Below, one piece after another: positions 61,990-64,000 of a stretch of 64,000 bases of DNA (the first letter of the stretch is position 1; the number at the start of each line of letters is the position of its first letter). The position numbers and the translations under genes were made by a program. Source of the stretch: an uncultured delta proteobacterium (GTDB lineage: Bacteria > Myxococcota > UBA727 > VGSZ01). The DNA lies in contig CAVZJB010000012.1 in NCBI GenBank assembly GCA_963775425.1, positions 96,001 to 160,000 on the forward strand. Reading direction: 5' to 3'. The notes beneath the pieces are model-generated. The model did not search any database, was not told the DNA's origin, and was given only the letters and a program-made list of their open reading frames with translations.

Positions 61990-62010
61990 CGGCGCCGCGC
62001 CGCCGTCGAG

Positions 62011-62955
62011 CTACGCGAGTGACGTCGGCGGGTACCACTCGCCGCCGGGCCGGCGGACGGGCTTGTCGGGGACGACGGCGGCGGCGGCGGCGCGCGCGCC
62101 GGCGTCGATGGCGCGAGCCTCCTCGAGCCACGCCGACAGCGCCGCGCGCTCCGGGGCCATGGCCGCCGCGAACATGTCGACGACGCGCGCGCGCGCGTCG
62201 TCGACGCCGCCGGCGCTGTCGAGGAGCTCCTTCGCGGCGAACGCGTCGCCGCCGAGCAACAGGTCGAGCGCGTGCCGGACCGCGGGCGGCAGCCCGGCGG
62301 GCTCGCCGCCGGCTTGCGCGCTCCAGGCCGCGTCGGTGGACGCGCTCGCGGGGCGCTTCGCAATCTGCTGGAGCCAGCGCGCGACGTTCGCGGCGGTGTT
62401 GCGCTGGAACACGTTGCGCTCTTCGGCGTCGTCGAGCTCGACGCTGGCGCGGGTGTGGAGGTGGACGTGGCCCTCGAGGTCGAGGGTGCCGTCGAACACG
62501 ATGAGATCGGTGAGCAGCGCGCGCCGGTCGATGACGTGCGCCAGCGCCGACGAGAAGTCGTGCACCACCGACATGAGCAGCGCGGGATCGAGCCCGCCCT
62601 CTCCGCAGCGCTCGACGACCAGCGGCAGCGGCGCGCCGAACACCACGCTGGTGGCGAACCAGCGCATGCCGTGCGCCTTCCCCGTGCCGATGACGCGCGG
62701 GAGGAGCGGGTGCGAGAGCGCCTGCCAGCCGCGCACGTCGCGGCGGTAGGCGTTGGCGTCGTTTTCATCGTCGTCGTCGTGCGCGAAGACCCACGCCGGC
62801 GCGCCGTCCTCGTCGACGCCGAGGGCCATCCCGAGCTTGGCCCACCACTTGGGCAGCTCCGCGAAGCGATACGGGTGGTTCAAGAGGCGGCCCCCGCTCG
62901 GGCCGCGCGGCTCCTTGACGATGGCGAAGCAATCGAACCTGCCGACGACGTCCAC
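62011..62955 (-). CDS. hypothetical protein, probable pseudokinase fold
   Basis: ALSHPLLPRVIGTG...WFATSVVFGAPL...SALAHV resembles kinase subdomains IV-VIa; no HRD, DFG or APE. Confidence 0.5.
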   Translation of the reverse strand: MDVVGRFDCFAIVKEPRGPSGGRLLNHPYRFAELPKWWAKLGMALGVDEDGAPAWVFAHDDDDENDANAYRRDVRGWQALSHPLLPRVIGTGKAHGMRWFATSVVFGAPLPLVVERCGEGGLDPALLMSVVHDFSSALAHVIDRRALLTDLIVFDGTLDLEGHVHLHTRASVELDDAEERNVFQRNTAANVARWLQQIAKRPASASTDAAWSAQAGGEPAGLPPAVRHALDLLLGGDAFAAKELLDSAGGVDDARARVVDMFAAAMAPERAALSAWLEEARAIDAGARAAAAAVVPDKPVRRPGGEWYPPTSLA

Positions 62956-62988
62956 GGCATCACTGTAGCGCCGTGGCCGAAGCGCCGC

Positions 62989-63522
62989 CTACTTCCTCGG
63001 GCGGAACGCCTTGACGACGGCCTCGTGCGTCTCGAGGTAGGGGCCGCCGATGAGGTCGACGCAGTAGGGCACCGCAGGCATGACGGCGAGCAGGCACTCG
63101 CGGATCGCCTTGATGCTCCCGGGCAGGTTGATGATCAGCGCGCTCCCGCGGACCACCGCCTCTTGTCGCGACAGGATGGCCGTGGGCACCTTCTCGAGCG
63201 ACACCTTGCGCATCAGCTCGCCGAAGCCGGGCATGTGCTTGTCGCCGACGGCGAGGGTGGCGTCGACGGTGACGTCGCGCCTGGCCGGCCCGGTGCCGCC
63301 GGTGGTGACGACGAGGCAGCAGCCGGCGTCGTCGACGAGCTCCACGAGCGCCCTCTCGATGAGCGCGCGCTCGTCGGGGATGAGCCGCGCCTGCACCTCG
63401 AAGGGCGTGGCGATCATCTCGCGCAACGCCGTCTCCAGCTCAGGCGTGCCCTTGTCCTCGTACTGCCCGCGGCTGGCGCGGTCCGACGCCGTGACGATCC
63501 CGATGCGCGTGGTGTCCGCCAT
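62989..63522 (-). CDS. mog: molybdopterin adenylyltransferase
   Basis: SDRASRGQYED, TTGGTGPARRDVT, MPGFGE.MR, PTAILSRQ, NLPG and AVPYCVDLIGGPYLET motifs. Confidence 0.95.
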   Translation of the reverse strand: MADTTRIGIVTASDRASRGQYEDKGTPELETALREMIATPFEVQARLIPDERALIERALVELVDDAGCCLVVTTGGTGPARRDVTVDATLAVGDKHMPGFGELMRKVSLEKVPTAILSRQEAVVRGSALIINLPGSIKAIRECLLAVMPAVPYCVDLIGGPYLETHEAVVKAFRPRK

Positions 63523-63543
63523 GCGCGCGCTCTAGCACGCCGC

Positions 63544-64000
63544 TCAGGAGAACCACACCGCGGCGAGCTCTTTTCGCCAGCGTTCGACGACGTCAGAGCG
63601 GCCGATCGCGTCGAAGCCGGTGACCATGGCCTTGCGCAGGTCGTCGCGGTCCGGCCCCTTGATGCGCTTGATGCCGTCGAGCAGCACGCCGAACGCGTCG
63701 TCGGCCTGGTCGCGCGAGAAGAGCGCGCCCGCGAGCCTCTGGGCGCGCGCGGCGTCGGGGGCGTCCGCGAGCGCGCGCCGCTCGGCGTCGACGTCGACCT
63801 CGACGACGGACGCGTCGAGCGCGTTTTGCACCTGGAACGCGAGGCCCGCCAGCGCTGCCGGCGCGTCCCCGGCGGCGGCGAGGTGCGCGCGCGCGCCGTC
63901 GGCGTCGCCGTCGCGGGCGAGAAACAGGGCCGTGCCGAGGTGGCCGGCGGCGCTGTCCTTGTCGAGCTCGAGGACCTTTTGGAAGGCGCGCCGCGCGGTC
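63544..64000 (-). CDS. TPR protein, 3' part (CnoX/YbbN-like C-terminus), partial
   Basis: Open frame runs to the window edge and ends RKAMVTGFDAIG...VVERWRKELAAVWFS. Confidence 0.55.
   Translation of the reverse strand, partial: TARRAFQKVLELDKDSAAGHLGTALFLARDGDADGARAHLAAAGDAPAALAGLAFQVQNALDASVVEVDVDAERRALADAPDAARAQRLAGALFSRDQADDAFGVLLDGIKRIKGPDRDDLRKAMVTGFDAIGRSDVVERWRKELAAVWFS

Overview
Very GC-rich bacterial DNA. The gene content (CglD-like lipoproteins, Hanks-type kinase, FHA protein, aspartokinase/DAP-decarboxylase fusion, many Cys-rich lipoproteins) suggests a Myxococcota-like organism; this is inference. The window opens with the end of a type I-E CRISPR-Cas locus: the 3' end of cas1, cas2, a 60-bp leader and an array of about 106 29-bp repeats (510-6926), followed by an IS66 remnant. 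The rest is mixed housekeeping and accessory DNA: transporters, complex I genes split over three sites (nuoGH, nuoEF, nuoI), a P450, lysAC, mog, an Hsp70, and two tandem CglD-like adhesins, one interrupted by an in-frame TGA. Best candidates for undescribed systems: (1) a translationally coupled two-gene module, a 'GCDxxSC' protein plus a Cys-knot lipoprotein, present twice; (2) a split HTTM/gamma-carboxylase-like gene pair in a window where five lipoproteins carry (Gly-Glu)n linkers; (3) a DUF697-like/HEAT/DUF697-like operon; (4) a VOC/beta-propeller/ubiquitin-like operon with no E1; (5) a divergent pair of signal-less peptidoglycan-binding proteins; (6) recurrent CRISPR spacers whose 3' ends are complementary to the repeat hairpin. 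All family calls come from motif recognition by eye, with no database search. Some single-base lesions may be sequencing errors.
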